In this document: positions 26,553-40,849 of the stretch, one piece after another
Layout: every line of letters begins with the position of its first letter
Position numbering within the stretch: the first letter of the stretch is position 1
DNA from: Eledone cirrhosa
Taxonomy: Eukaryota
Direction: 5' to 3'
NCBI GenBank assembly: GCA_964016885.1
Contig: OZ024740.1
Span: 99,324,001-99,388,000, forward strand
Length of the DNA: 64,000 bases
The notes under the pieces: generated by a model
Databases searched by the model: none
The model's input: the letters and a program-made list of their open reading frames with translations, nothing else
What the model was told of the DNA's origin: nothing
Program-made: the position numbers and the translations under genes

Positions 26553-27271
26553 CTAGCATTAAAGCCCGGCGTTGCTCAGGGTCATTAAGTTACCAAAGTT
26601 AGGTTGCACCACCCATTTTATGGCAGCACTTTTTTGTCTGCTAGGCACTGGGTGAATGAATTGCAGACCTGGAAGCATGAGCTGCGCCAGCAGTGACAAT
26701 TGTAGTTTCGCCTATGGATATTATCTCTGTGCAAAAAAGTGTTGAAATATATTTTTTCACAGTACTTGCGCAACACGCGCGTAGACGATGCCAGCCGAAC
26801 AACAGAGCTGCGATGGAGTTGTTCTGCATGGTTGTCTGTGTGTTTTCTAAATTTAAGACAGTAGGGAGTGGTGTGGGGAGGGGTGTGATATGGGGGAGAG
26901 TTAGCTGCTGTTTCTAGCAGGTTTAGTAACCTCATAGAGGATATGTGTTTCCTAAATTTAAGACAGTAGGGAGTGGTGTGAACGGACAGTATCACCATCA
27001 AGCTTGGAAAGAGAAAGTAGTGAGAATATGAAGTTGTATATATTTTGAATGGTAGTAGAAAGGATTCAGCAGTTTAAATGAGAGAGAAAAATCGTAAAAT
27101 ATTGAGGTTTTTTTTTGCGTAATTGTGGGTGAAATTGAAAAAATTATCTGCGTCAAGACGCAATCGAAACTATTTCGAATACTGAATTGTAAATTTCAAT
27201 TGAAGAAATTCTATATCGTAGATTTCTATAACGAAGGAGCATTACCACACACTGAGCTTTATAGATTATGA
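26553..27271 (-). mobile_element. Non-autonomous Helitron
   Basis: Minus: a|TC 5' end; 3' hairpin CCTGAGCAACGCCGGG + 8 nt + CTAG|t; shares ~370 bp with 56821-57200. Confidence 0.75.
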
Positions 27272-28423
27272 TAAACGGAAAAAATGAAACGAAATTTCAT
27301 TTCTCACTCTTAGTACGGCTGTTACTTAAATATAAGTATGTATACGTACATACATATATGTATACAGACGTACATACATATATGTATACTGTACGTCTGT
27401 ATACATATATGTATGTACGTATACATACTTATATATATATATATACCTACATTAAAACATTTATATACTACACATCCATATATAAATGCTGAATTTTTTC
27501 TACTGATGAAATTGTTAGTAAATGCCTATAATGTCATTTATTTCTAAATGTGTTTGTGTATGTATACATTTGCATGTCCAATCATATGTGTGTTTACTAT
27601 AACTGAACCTGCACACATTAACAGAAATTTACTAATTAGAAAATAATTGTTTTAAGTAAAGAATATAAAGTAAAAATTATTTTTAATATATTTATCATTT
27701 ATTGTTGTCTATTTGTATTACGAGGTTTGCTCTTGTAATTATCATTGTTGTTGTTTGACCTTTGTTGTGGTTATTGTTTATTTTAGAATTCTAAAGATAT
27801 TATTAAATAATGGCAAAATATATATTGCACTATTTTTCTCTTATTTTTCTAATCTGGTTTTCTATATTTTTCTTTCTTCCTAACGAGAACTACGAATTAT
27901 CCAATTACATCTACTTTGAATACCTTATTCTGTCAAACCCTATTAATGATATTTCAGAACTAGTGAATAAGTTTCCAAGAAATCTATAGTATAAAATATT
28001 CTTTATATACATGCTGGTATCTCTAATTCCTTTACACATGCCCCTCCACATCATCTTTCTCCCTTACACAACCTTCCTTTCACTCTTTCTCACTCTTTCA
28101 CTCTCATCTGTCCCTCTCTAACACTATCTCTCTCACTTTTCTCTATTTCTTCTGTCATGAGAACAAGACGGATTTTAATATCTGGTAACTACTTCCTCAT
28201 AGCAGTCAAATAAACCATTCCACTTTGCTGTCAAATTTCCTGTAACTAATCCATCCACATTTATCGTTCCCATGACGACAGTAATCTACTTTGCATAAAA
28301 CTGTCATAATCCACTTAAACTCGTATTCAATTTTTCATTATTCAATTTCCTGTACTTTCCGATTTTTTAAATTTAAGTTTTTTGTTTTGTTGATTTTTCT
28401 TTGCTTTAATTTAATTTTCAAAC

Positions 28424-28532
<109 letters not shown>

Positions 28533-29129
28533 TCCAACCTGTGCAAGAATGGAAAAGCAGATAATGTAAAAACGATGATGATGATATTTGTATAAATATA
28601 TTATTTTGTTGGGGTAAACTGTGATAAATTATTAAAACTATGAAATATTGATTTCTATCATAGGTACAAAGTCACAAAGTTTTGAAAGAGGGAATAGTCG
28701 ATTATATCGATTACAGCACTTGATGGCAACTACATTTTATTGAAGTTAAAAGTATAAAACACGAAGTCGACCATAGCAGAATTCAAATAATAACTATAAA
28801 ATATTACTACCTTTGTAAACATCACCATTGGTTTTATATCCACTTTTCTGTGCTGCCATAGTTAGGTGGATCAGACATTGGAGGAAAATGTTACGAATGG
28901 ATGCCCTTCCTTACACCTTACGTTTTTATGTACAATATTTATTTTGCTTATCTTCACACATGAAATGGAACATCTTATATGGGAATCAATAGTGAAATAT
29001 ACTAGTCTATTTAGTTTCAACTCTCTGTTGACTATAATTAACTCCCTAGACACATTCCAGATAGCAAGCAAGGAGGGAGACTTCTTATTATGAAGTCAGC
29101 AGTGGATCTACCAGAATACTTTATTTACT

Positions 29130-30150
29130 GAGCTAAAGTTGAATTCTTGCTAAACCTAAAGGAGAATGGCATCAATGGACAGATTTCTGTTGCAATGAAG
29201 TCACTATACAAATGAACCTAATATTTGTGTTTGGGTAATAGGGCATCAAATCCATTCATTAGAGGGGCCACATCTCTTGTTTATAATCTTCATGAACAAG
29301 ATTGACATGCACAGCTAGGTTTGAAGTGGTATAAGGACTGGCAGGTGTATGAGCAGTCAGCTAGAATCCGCTTATGACAGGCTACTACTTAACTCATCGG
29401 AATGTGATCCCCAACATGAACTTGATAGGTTTGTTGCCACATACTGCATGGAAGGGATGAAAATCAGTGCTGTGACACTGAGACAATTTTCCCATCAAGA
29501 AAGCCTGTTCAGAGCACTTTACATATGAATGAAATTTCATTAAAGCAGGTTAAGAAGTTCTAGTAACTTGGGGCCATTTTCACAATAGATAGAAGGCAGG
29601 AGGCTGAATTCTGTACAGAAATTGCGGCAGCAGTTGGTGCAGTAATGCACCAATATAGCATTCAATCTTCAGAAGGGAAGTAAGTGCAAAAGCCAAAGTC
29701 ACTATATTTAATTTGTTATTCATACCAACCCTCACCTGTGGTCATGAATAGTGTGTAATGCCTAAAAGTATAAGATCGTGAATACATGCAAACAAATTGA
29801 GTTTCCTCAAAAGGGTCTTTGTGTACAAAACGTGGAAATCATGGTGTCATTTCAGGTAGAGCCACTAATTGCTTGAATTGAGAGCTTATAGCACTGATAC
29901 AACAGACAGGGGGTCAGAATGCCTAATAAAAGAATCATTAGACAGATTTCATTAGCAAAACCAACAGGCAAGAGACCCAGGGGTAGACCCAGCATGATGG
30001 TTGGATAAAATCCATGAGCTCGGTTGATCTTGCTTGAGGATCCAGCTGGATCAATTGGAGACAGTAGCTTCTGACAAGACTCGCTGGATGGCATGCTTGT
30101 GGACCCTACTGCAATGACCCTCTCAAAAGGGAGGAGGAGGAGGAAATAAT
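29130..30150 (+). mobile_element. Old degenerate RTE-like LINE
   Basis: Homologous to 100-800 (AAATCAGTGCT...GAAGGCAGGAGGCTGAATT...GCAGTAATGCACCA...CCAGGGGTAGA). Confidence 0.65.
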
Positions 30151-31499
30151 CCCGTAATCATCATAATCCTCATATTTACTGTGTATTGCTTATAAGGGAT
30201 TTTGGTAATTTAGGTAATGTATCCTGTGTTAGAAACCATGTTCTCAAAAGAAATATATTGAGCAAGATGTTGGTCTTTGGGCCAACTAGGAGAGAAATAA
30301 CTCTGATTAAGATCGAACTAACTTGGTTTGTAAAATTCTAGCCAACACATGCCAGCATGGAAAAGCAAATATTAAATTAATGATAATGATAAAAATGATA
30401 ATAATAACAATAATAATAATAAATTCCTACATGGTAGAATAAAGACGACTGAAGAATTATCTATGATAAAACTATAAGTCTACATATATTTAAAAGTAAT
30501 TTGAATAGCAGTCCACAAGACACTTGACTGATCTTTGTAAGTGAATCAAATGTTTATGTTAAATCCTACTACAGTAATTACACATTTGTTTGCCTCTAAT
30601 CTAATTGGCACTCTGCTTTCTTGCAATTAGTCTCATTAGAGCAAACATTGTTCTTATTTCTTTCTTTCTCATATATTTTTTTTCGTACTTTTACCTTATC
30701 CTAATTGTGTTATAAAAAAGTACAGAAAAAATTTCTGAAAAACTTTTCTCCTTCAATTTGTCTCCAAGCAAAAATAAAGTTGAAATGTAACAACTTTATA
30801 TGGTGGAGTTGAATAAAGCAAATTGATCAGAGTTCATTTTATTTTATGTCTTTCAGCTGACAGTTATATTTGTGACATAGCAGTATTTCTTTATCAATGG
30901 GGACATACTTCTTGGTTTCACTGTTTCAAATCAAATTTTTAGGAATATGTTTCTATTTAATGCCTTTTCATTCCTCCTTGACAACATTGATTGAACTGAT
31001 ATATACAATTAAATACTTTCCAGCCATGACCAACTCATCTTTATTGTTAAAAATGTATTTAAAATAATATAATCTCCAGTGGCCTTCCCTTTATTTGAGA
31101 GAGTATATTTTATCTGAAGGAGAGTTAGTAGTTATCTCGGACAGGTGGAATGATAATCTAGAGGATCTCTCATTAGCTTCAAATGAGTAATTATGATTGA
31201 AGGGTTGCGGACAAGAATTCAATGTAGAAATAGACTTCAATTTTGTAAAATTAACACACTAGAAAACAATATGAAAGCTGGGAGACTTTAAGATTCTGAA
31301 ATATTGAGAAATGGTTAAAATAGCTATCAGAAATGTTTCAAGTGATGAAACTGTAGAAGCATATACATACTGAATATTTAAAAATCAATCAGATGCATCA
31401 TATTACAGCTATATGTTTAGGGAGGTGGTCTGTAGGCAGAATATTAAGTTTACCCAATGATGACTATTAATGATATACATTATAAGGTAAACATACTAC

Positions 31500-32092
31500 A
31501 AGATAACCTTTGCTATGTAGGTGACTTAATTAGCAGTGGAGGGTGGGTGCTCCAAGAGCCTAATAACTAGAATAAGAACAGGATGGAAAAAGTTATCAGA
31601 GCTGCACACACTGTTGACTACAAAAGGACGATTCTATGATGCCTGTGTGAAGTGCAATGCAGCATGGTAGTGAAACATGAGCTGTGACTGCAGAGGACAT
31701 GTGTAGGCTGGGGAGAAATGAAGCAACCATGCTTTGTTGGATGTGCAATATAAGTGTGAGAGAAAAGCAGACTTTGGATAAGCTGAAAGTGAAATTGGGT
31801 TTAAGAGGAATCGGATGTGGTGCGCCAGAGAAAAGACTCTGTTGGTATGAATATGTGATGCACATGGATGATAATCATTGTGTGAAAAACTGCCAGGAAA
31901 TCCCAGTGGAAAGAAGCCACAGCAGAGAAAGACCAAGAAAGACCTGGGCATAGTTGGTGAGAACTGACCTCAAATTGCTGAAAGTCACAGAGGAAACGAC
32001 GTAGGAATGCTGCAAGAAGAGAGATGCTGTGACAACCCATACAAGTGTGGAAAAAATAAAACATAAAAGTGATGATAATGATGATGATGATA
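31500..32092 (+). mobile_element. Degenerate RTE LINE 3' fragment
   Basis: AEDMCRLGRNEATMLCWMCN, RLCWYEYV, RPRKTW; (GAT)n tail. Confidence 0.85.
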
Positions 32093-32870
32093 TAGGAGGT
32101 GGACAACAAAACTGAAAACTTGGATCAGCTTTAAGCAGTCTTTACATTTGAACATTATCACAGGCAAGCCATTAGAATATCTGGCAATAGTTGCAGCATT
32201 GTTGACATATGAATATATGAGTATTATCAACATATCAGTCTGTGGTGTCTGGAGAGACTGAGAGTGTGTGTGTTTCATTTATTATAATGGTAAAATCACA
32301 TCAGTAACTTGAGGGGCTAACTTTCATGTTTAAAGCACTAATCATATCTGATAAGTGTTTTAAGCATGACAGACAAAACACACAAGCACTGATTAAGCTT
32401 CACAGCATGTGTGTATATATATATATATATATATACACGCATCTATTCTATATATTACTAAAAGTGTGTGATTGCCTACTTGCTTGCTTGTCTGTAATGT
32501 AATACAGTCAAAAGGGCACATAATGGGAAAATCCATTGCAAGGAAATTGCCCCTGAAATGGAATAAATCAAGTTTCATGTAAATTGGACCACAGGTTCCC
32601 GGGATACGAGGTTTCCCTGGGTACCTTCATAAATAGAGAGAGAGAGAAAGAGATAGAGAGAAAGAGATAGTGGTTGTGAGAGAGTAGATTGAAAGAGAGA
32701 GAGAGAGAGAAGGAGACAGAGAAGGAAAATAGAAGAGAGAGAGAGAGTTGGTGGTGTATATTTTTATTATTTAAAAACTATTTTTAAGTGAACATGATTT
32801 TAAAAGGAAACTTTTAAGCAAACGTGACCCAATGGTATATATATATATATATATACCATTCGTATATATA

Positions 32871-34184
32871 TAATTCGTTTTGTGATATTTTGCAATTTTG
32901 CAATAATAATACACATACTGAATTCATCCGCCAAAAATAAGGGTTGCCTCCCTTGTAGAGCCCCACGTGGGTATTGGCAACGGTCAATCCTTGGCCTGGC
33001 CCTTGAATTAAAAGCCTGTTGAGAAAGTGACGTCCTTGTTCAATCATCATACCAACAGCTTAACATTATTTGTCTAGTGGATTGGCAGTATCAGTAGAGG
33101 GTCGGACGCCATGCTTTCTAGCATAGTTATGTCCCTTTACAGTCTGCGTTCAAATCCCGCCGAGGTTAACTTTGCCTTTCATCCTTACGGGGTCGATAAA
33201 ATAAAGTACCAGTAATGTACTGGGTAATTTGCTGGCCTTGTGCCTAAAGTAGAAATAATTATTTGTTTAAGCGGACAGTACTTAATTTAGGAGTCACAGA
33301 AACCCAAATGCTGGATTTTCACCAACCATCTAGGGGTTCGGGTAAATTTTTCAATCATATTTTTTTTATTTGTTTGACCCGAATTACTTGGTCATTTCTA
33401 TGGCTGTGCGAATAATGGTTTAACCATCGTTTCAGTGTGTTTGGCCTTTTAACGTATGTTGTAGCTCTGGTTCGTTAGAATCTATTGAGCGCTTGCCACA
33501 CATCTCGGAAGTTGTTTTTCGCTAATTTCCAATAGCCGAAATACGATTCTCGCTAATTTATATTTGTATTAATCTCCCGAGTCTAGCTATTGACCAGTTA
33601 ATTTTCTTGATTTTTCTAGTTGATTTTGTTGACTGATCAATAGCTTTTGTTAACTTTAAAACCATTCTGTTGAGAACTTAATTCGTTTTGTGATATTTTG
33701 CAATTTTGCAATAATAATACACATACTGAATTCATCCGCAAAAAATAAGGGTTGCCTCCCTTGTCGAGCCCCACGTGGGTATTGGTAACGATCAATCCTT
33801 GGCCTGGCACTTGAACTAAAAGCCTGTTGAGAAAGTGACGTCCTTGTTCAATCATCTTACCAAAAGCTTAACATTATTTGTCTAAGCGGACAGTACTTGA
33901 TTTAGGAGTCGCAGAAACCCAAATGCTGGATTTTCACCAACCATCCAGGGGTCCGGGTAAACTTTTCAATCCTATTTTTTTTTATTTGTTTGACCCGAAT
34001 TACTTGGTCGTTTCTATGGCTGTGCGGATAATGGTCTAACCATCTCTCCGTGTGTTTGTTTTTTTAACGTATGTTGCAGCTCTTGTTCGTTAGAATCTAT
34101 TGTGCGATTGCCACACATCACGGAAGTTGTTTTTCGCTAATTTCCAATAGCCGAAATACGATTCTCGCTAACTTATATTTGTAT
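32871..34184. repeat. Direct duplication of ~506 bp (32871-33569 including a SINE; 33679-34184), bounded by (TA)n
   Basis: Alignable by eye end to end with scattered substitutions. Confidence 0.9.
33077..33257 (+). mobile_element. Meta-domain SINE with 12-bp TSD
   Basis: TTGCCTTTCATCCTTACGGGGTCGATAAAATAAAGTACCAG; TSD ATTATTTGTYTA at 33065-33076 and 33258-33269; empty site in the second duplicate. Confidence 0.92.
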
Positions 34185-34859
34185 ATATATATATATATTA
34201 TTAGCTCTGATTAATGGTTTTTGCTGATAATATTAGACTTAAGTATAACACTTTTAACAATAACTAGTTTGGACTTAAACCAGGTAACCCACCACATGGA
34301 ATCTGTAAATCAACTCGCAGGAAATTCAATAAATGTTTTTTACACACCATTTAGTAAATATGTAGTCTCTAATAGATTTATTTGTGCCCTCTTCTGGGCT
34401 TTTGAGTTTTGTCCCTTTAACAATGAGAACTATATTTTAAGAAAAAGTATTTAATATCCTTACTGTGCCAAAATTAACAAATTCTTTTAACTTTAAAGGC
34501 ATCAGATTGTTATCAAAACAATATTCTAATAAAAAGTATTTGATATCGCTTACATGGAGTCATCAACATTTTTCTTTGCAAAAGAGTGTACAATGCTTGA
34601 AGTGGAAGATGAAGGAAAACATTTGACGAAATTGTAAAGAATGTCCTCAAGTAACCAAACCCAACAAAGAAGATAACACAGGACAGAACTGAATCATGAT
34701 ACGGGATAATACAATATAATATGCCAACCAGTACACGCAGTGAGATACTAAATGTAAGTGTGGTGAGAGATTAGAGTCAACAGTGTTTGTCAATCAAATG
34801 GAGACAGTATACTGTTTAAGGGAATGGTTTATTCTGGCCAAGTATGTGATGACCTCTTT

Positions 34860-35125
34860 AATATTAGTGCCACGATAAAATGCACTCGGTGCATCCTGAA
34901 AATTGTTAGTGTTTGTGACTGTAAAGTGGTTGTACTGGTATTGCAAAAATAATGCACCTAGTAAACACTCTAAAGTAATTATGTTAGGAAGGGCATCCGG
35001 CCATAGAAATCATACCAAATATGTAATGTATGAGCAAGATAAGATCGCTCTGATATGTCTGGTCTTAGACTACGACAACCTGTTCAACATATGCCAGTGT
35101 GAAAAGTGGACGTAAAATGAGGATG
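34860..35125 (+). mobile_element. Degenerate RTE/SINE 3' tail
   Basis: TGTAAAGTGGTTG, GTTAGGAAGGGCATCCGGCCATAGAAA, GGACGTAAAATGAGGATG. Confidence 0.7.
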
Positions 35126-35354
35126 GTTAGATTATTTTAATTTAATATCTGTATGTAGAACTTTTCAATTCCAATTACTTGTGCCAAGCCAAATTTGATA
35201 AGTGAAATTGGGGGTTTGCTGTGTATTTTAATATGTTGTGTATGAAGGGGCCCTCAAAGTCTAAATCTAGCCTTGTGTGCCTGAAGGTGTGTTGTTTGTG
35301 AGATGGAATGAATATTCTAAAATACTATAACTATATAATACTTTTATACACACT

Positions 35355-35525
35355 TGGTAGAGGGTCGGATGCCATGCTTTGCAGTATGGAGTTACGGCCA
35401 TTTATGGTCTGAGTTCAAATTTCACCAAGGTCAACTTTGCCTTTTATCCTTACAGGGTCAATAAAATAAAGCACCAGTAATGCACTGGGAGAATTGCTGG
35501 CCTTGTGCCAAAAGTAGAAACAATT
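35355..35525 (+). mobile_element. Meta-domain SINE, 5'-clipped
   Basis: GAGTTCAAAT...AACTTTGCCTTTTATCCTTACAGGGTCAATAAAATAAAGCACCAG. Confidence 0.85.
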
Positions 35526-36004
35526 ATTATACACACTCATTATCACTGGCAATTACTATCACTGAGTCATTATCATTGTCAGTCATTATCATTGTCTGCC
35601 ATTATTATTTGATAATCATTATCATTGATAGTCATTGTGCCCATTAATTTCCAATCAGGTTATTTAGAGTGAACAAAAGTGTGTTTAACCACAACACATG
35701 AATCATACTTAGTTTATTTCCTATTATAACTAAATTGTCTGAGATATTTTTAATTGGTTATAGCCGCTGCTCTCTTTTCTTCTTTAACCAAGTCATGAAA
35801 AATAAATCACCCATTATCATCATTATGACCATAATTTTCACCACAAACGCTATCACCATTACGAGTGTCATGATCAAAATTATTACAGTTATTCTAAGTT
35901 CTCTTATATATGTCATTGTTATCATCAATTTCTTTATCATAATTATCCTCAGTGATTTACTCACCATCATACTGATCCTTTTATAACCCTCTATAATGTT
36001 AACA

Positions 36005-36005
36005 C

Positions 36006-36043
<38 letters not shown>
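36005..36043. repeat. (TAG)n microsatellite
   Basis: Direct inspection. Confidence 0.95.
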
Positions 36044-37084
36044 AGCAGCACCAACATTTTACATATAAGTTGCTCCCTCATAGCTTGATTGTTTTGCAGT
36101 GATTATGAAAAGAAACCTTCTTCTGCTTGGCTAATCTTCTGGCACCTTGTTAAATGCATAAAGAATTCAGTTTTAACAGAGTAATTTGAATAGATATAAA
36201 CTGCTGTGTGCCGTCATTTCATTCTCTACCTGAACGTATAAATAATTGGGACATAGTTGTGGTGGTGTTCTCTGTTTTATATCTGCATGGATACCTTTCT
36301 TATCACCAAACACCAAGTCACTGTCGTTTTTTTTTATTTGCCTCTACTTTATTTCCAATTTTACATCTATTTTACTATGTTATCATGAGCAGGATGGCAT
36401 GTTGGTGCTTTTATTGTTGCTTTATTTGAACATTTTTCATCATTTTTTGTTTGTTTATTTGTTTTTGTTTTGATTTGTTTTGTTTTTTTCACACAGGTTT
36501 AGAGATTTGCATGAAAAATTCTTGGAACATATATTTTAAGAATAAAATACCCTTCCTATCACTAGCCACTCAACCATAAAATGAAAGTGGTGGTTTCTAT
36601 TTTCTCTGCAAGGCAAACTAAGAATTACAGTTTAATGTTCTTTTTCTTTCATTATTTATTATTGAGTAAAAAGAATGGCAATGAAGCGAGTGGCAATCAT
36701 GGTAGAGTGCAGGAATAAATGTCTTACATTATTTAGCTTAGTCATTCCATATTCTGAGTTCAAATTCTACTTTATGATAGCTCTGTGAAAGCACATGGCC
36801 TAGAGTTTGGGCTGATGTTTTCACTGTCATGAGGTTCAAGTCATTCTTTTCATGATACCACTTCATGAAATCTCAGCTAAAAGAATGTTTGTTGAGAGTA
36901 TCATAGATTTATATGCATTTCATGACATAATGGATAATATTAGTATCTAAAGGCTGAGAATCTGCTGATTCTGAAGCAAGTAAATATATCATCATCATCA
37001 TTTGACTACAGTAGCAGATGGTCATAATTGACCTCTGCCTAAGGTTTTTATTTAAAACTATTCTGTTTATCCATTACCATGGAT

Positions 37085-37220
37085 TGATACTTTGTTTTAA
37101 CAAACCCTAAAGGATGAAAGGCAAAGTTGATGATGGCAGAATTCACAGGGCAGAGAGCTGGAACAAATATAATAACCTATTCTATCTAATGAGCTAATTG
37201 CTCTGCCAATTCACCAGCCT
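37085..37220 (-). mobile_element. Old Meta-domain SINE
   Basis: AAAGGATGAAAGGCAAAGTTGA and CTCTGCCAATTCACC. Confidence 0.6.
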
Positions 37221-37809
37221 AGAATATATACCCTCCTTGAGAGAACAACAGCAGCAAGTGTAAGATCAGTGTGATTAGCTATGGAAGCAACTGATACATC
37301 AATTATCAGTTATTTAACTCTAATTTTTAAGGAAATTCCCTATTTCAATTAATTAAATATTTTGAGGCATTTACTAAAATTATTATTTCATTAATAAGAT
37401 AGGTAACTGAACATATGCTTCTTATATACAATTATATTGAAAGATTTTCATTGAAAAAGGAACCCTTTAAATGTGTGTGATTTTGTATCGTAGAGCCAGA
37501 GCTGATTATGGCTGGGTTAATATAAAAAGGGTTAACAAAAGAAATGTTTAAGCATTGTCTTCATCCTCAGGCAAATAAACCATTAACTGAGTGGATAGTG
37601 ATGGAAATTGTCATAAGTGAATTTTAGAATTATACACTGATTTATTTGGATTAGAAGCCTGTTTTAGTCATGATTCAATAATATTAGTCTGAATTCCTGA
37701 AATGAGGAATTGTCATTATTATAACCTCATTTATTTGGATTATTGTCTTTATTTCGGTTGCTATAGCCTAAATAAATCTGTGATGACATTTATAATTCCT
37801 CATCTGAGT

Positions 37810-37930
37810 AAGGCAGAGAATTAGCAGTTAGATCATTGACTAGAATATTGTTCTGGCTCCCCACACACTGAGTTCAAATCATGCCAAGTTCAACATTGCC
37901 TTTCATTCATTCGAGGTCAATAAAATAAAA
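37810..37930 (+). mobile_element. Old Meta-domain SINE
   Basis: GAGTTCAAATC...GCCTTTCATTCATTCGAGGTCAATAAAATAAA. Confidence 0.6.
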
Positions 37931-39359
37931 TATCTATTCATCATGGTTGATTGATAAAATTGTTAGAGCATTAGCTGAGATACCCTCTAGTACTAAGCCT
38001 TTTGAATTTAAATTCCATCTCAGAATTTAAGTCCCATTGATGACAAAGTTTAATCATTCAGCTATGTACCACCACAGATTATGAAAGCTGCCATAGTTGG
38101 AGGAGTATTGTGGCCATCTACCAGTGCAAAGGATCATGTCTCAGAAATTCAAAACAATTAACAGGTCTTGACATCAACAGCCAAATAGAGGACACTAGTC
38201 TGAATGTAGGAATTTATTACATTGAAACTATCACTTGAATTGTTGCATAATAGTAAGGTCATATTTTCTATTGATTAAATTATACTCTCTCATGGGCCAT
38301 AGAAGGAAAATCTAGAAATAGTAGCCCAGTTTCACCCCCCCCCCCCCCATGTCATCTTTAGAATTGGTAGAATATGTATTTAGGATGATTTTCGTCCTGG
38401 ATACATTATACTATTAATATAGATAAGATAGATGCTGCTTGCGTAGTTTTGATCATATGTCAGCTCAATCAATGTGCACTGGGGAATAAACAATTAAAAT
38501 ATTAACTATAGAATATCCATTTTGAAATGAATGACTTAATGTAACATGAAAAATATAAATTTCAATATCTGTTTTCCAAAACAGCTTTATATTAATATCT
38601 AGCAAATCTTATTAACTACAAATACAGAAAGATATTTTTTTTATATATTATTCATTATATCTATAATACATTTTGTTTATACTTGGCTGTAGGTCTGATT
38701 AATTTACATTGATTTCCACAAATGGAAATTATTTTATTTTCATGATGCCATAAATGGATTCAAAGACTGGGAACTGGTAGGTGAATGAGAGATAGAAACC
38801 ATAACTCATAGGTTGCTATGGTATAAAGTAACACATCAAAATACTGAGATTTTTTTCAGATTGGAAACAACGATCAAATACTTGCAAGAGAATGGACGCT
38901 ATGAACCTGTTCATGACAATATTTCTACTAAAAGAATTCTAGTGGTATGCTTAAAACGATCATCAAGAATTTAGATGGATTTAGTAAAATTACTCACCAA
39001 CATATTAAGCTCCCATTTGCAGAATAGTTTAACAACTCTTCCTACATAAAATTCAATAAAAACTGATACAGGGTGGAGAGGAATCTTAATTCCAGTAAGG
39101 CAACCTCTCTAGTGCTGGTAGCACGAACAATGCACCCAGTCCCTGCTGTAAATTGGTTGATGACAGCCAAAATTATGAAAAGCATGACCAATATGATTTC
39201 CACTAATAGCAATCAGGGCTAACACTAGACATGTTAGTGCTGTGCACAGTAGTGGTGTGGCTAGAGAAGTTGTGTGCAATAACACCTCAACTCTCATCAA
39301 GCAATCACACAACTACTTACCCTTTTAGGTATATAGAACCTCTTAGCAACACTGTCATG

Positions 39360-40340
39360 GTATAAATCCCAGGACTGCCACCCTGAATGTTGGGACCCTG
39401 AAAGACAAATCAGGCAAAATTGTGGAACAATTAGAGAAGAGAAGATATATGCTGTGTACAAGCAGTAAGATGGAGGGGTGGCTCAGCGAGACTAATCACA
39501 GGCCAGCAACTTAGATATAAACTCTACTGGATAACATGACAGTGTGGTAGAAGGAGTAGGCATCTTATTAGCTGAGAAATGGATAGATAATGTGATAGAA
39601 GTAGTGAGAATGACAGAATCATCAAGCTTAGATAAACTGTAGGGAATAGGCTGGTGACAATTACATCTACCTTTGCCCTGCTAGCAGGACTGGGTAAAAA
39701 AACAAAAGGACAGGATGTATGTGGAACGTTTAGAGACAACTTCAGGTATTGAAAAAAGAGAGCTCATCATCTAGGCAGGTGACTTCAATGGACATGTGGG
39801 ACAGTACCAGGTTGGATTCAGTGGTTTTCATGGTGGCTATGGTTATGGCTCAAGGAATGAAGCGGAACTAAAACACCTGGAAAGGAAACCCACAAATCAT
39901 CTGATCTCAATTCAATCAGGCAAAGAGACAAGCCAAGTTATGAATTCTAAGGCCTTCCTCGGGGAAGAATGCACCACTCAAGACAACTTAGTACTAGTAA
40001 CATCAAAATATACATAAGACAACAAGACGGAGGTTGTGGAAACTAAAGGACCTTTTGGTTAAATATAGGTTTAGAAAGGCTCTACAAGATGCACTTGATG
40101 AGAGGGGTGATGAGCTAGATGCATATAACATAGAGGACAACTGGAAATTGTTGTGCAACAATCTTTTGTGAACTACTGACAAGACTTGCGGCTGGAGTAA
40201 ATTGGCAGCCAGACAGAGGATGACCTAGTAGTGTAACAGCCCTGTAGATAGAGCCATTAAAGCCAAGAGTCAAGCAAGGAAATACTGGAAAAATAGGGAT
40301 AGCAGAGATCGGTACCAGGTAGCTAAGAAAGAAGCCATGT
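39360..40340 (+). mobile_element. Degenerate RTE LINE 5' part (APE endonuclease)
   Basis: ATLNVGTLKDKSGKIVEQLEKR, AGDFNGHVG, HGGYGYGSRNE, GEECTTQ. Confidence 0.8.
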
Positions 40341-40562
40341 AAACGAACTCAAACATTCATCTAGTAGGCACTTCTTAACACCTACATCCGCTTACTTACA
40401 CCTCCTATGCCCAAACAACCACCCATTACTGTCCACACCACCCTTACACTGAAAAGTCATCTTGCTATACCAAAAACAGCATCCAGCCCCCACTGTAAAG
40501 TGGTCGTATTGGTGTCATAAAAAAAAAACCCAGCCCAAACTGTAAATGTGGTTGGTGTTAAG

Positions 40563-40834
40563 AAGAGCAACGAGCAGTAGAAACCAAGCCAGAAACACAC
40601 ACACACACATATATATATATACACACACACACACGCATCCATATACACATACCTTTATATATATATATACATATATATATATACACACATATATGTGTAT
40701 ATGTGTGTATATATATGTATGCATATATATATATATATAAAGGTATGTGTATATGGATGCGTGTGTGTGTGTGTATATATATATATATATGTGTGTGTGT
40801 GTTTCTGGCTTAGTTTCTACTGCTCGTTGCTCTT
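40563..40834. repeat. Fold-back inverted repeat around a microsatellite
   Basis: AAGAGCAACGAGCAGTAGAAACCAAGCCAGAAAC(AC)n... mirrored by ...(GT)nTTCTGGCTTAGTTTCTACTGCTCGTTGCTCTT. Confidence 0.85.
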
Positions 40835-40849
40835 CATATAAGTATACAT

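Noticed and set aside
35735-36081. Hydrophobic, membrane-protein-like ORFs (also 11815-12064)
   Set aside because: Low-complexity ATC/ATT/TAG trinucleotide sequence
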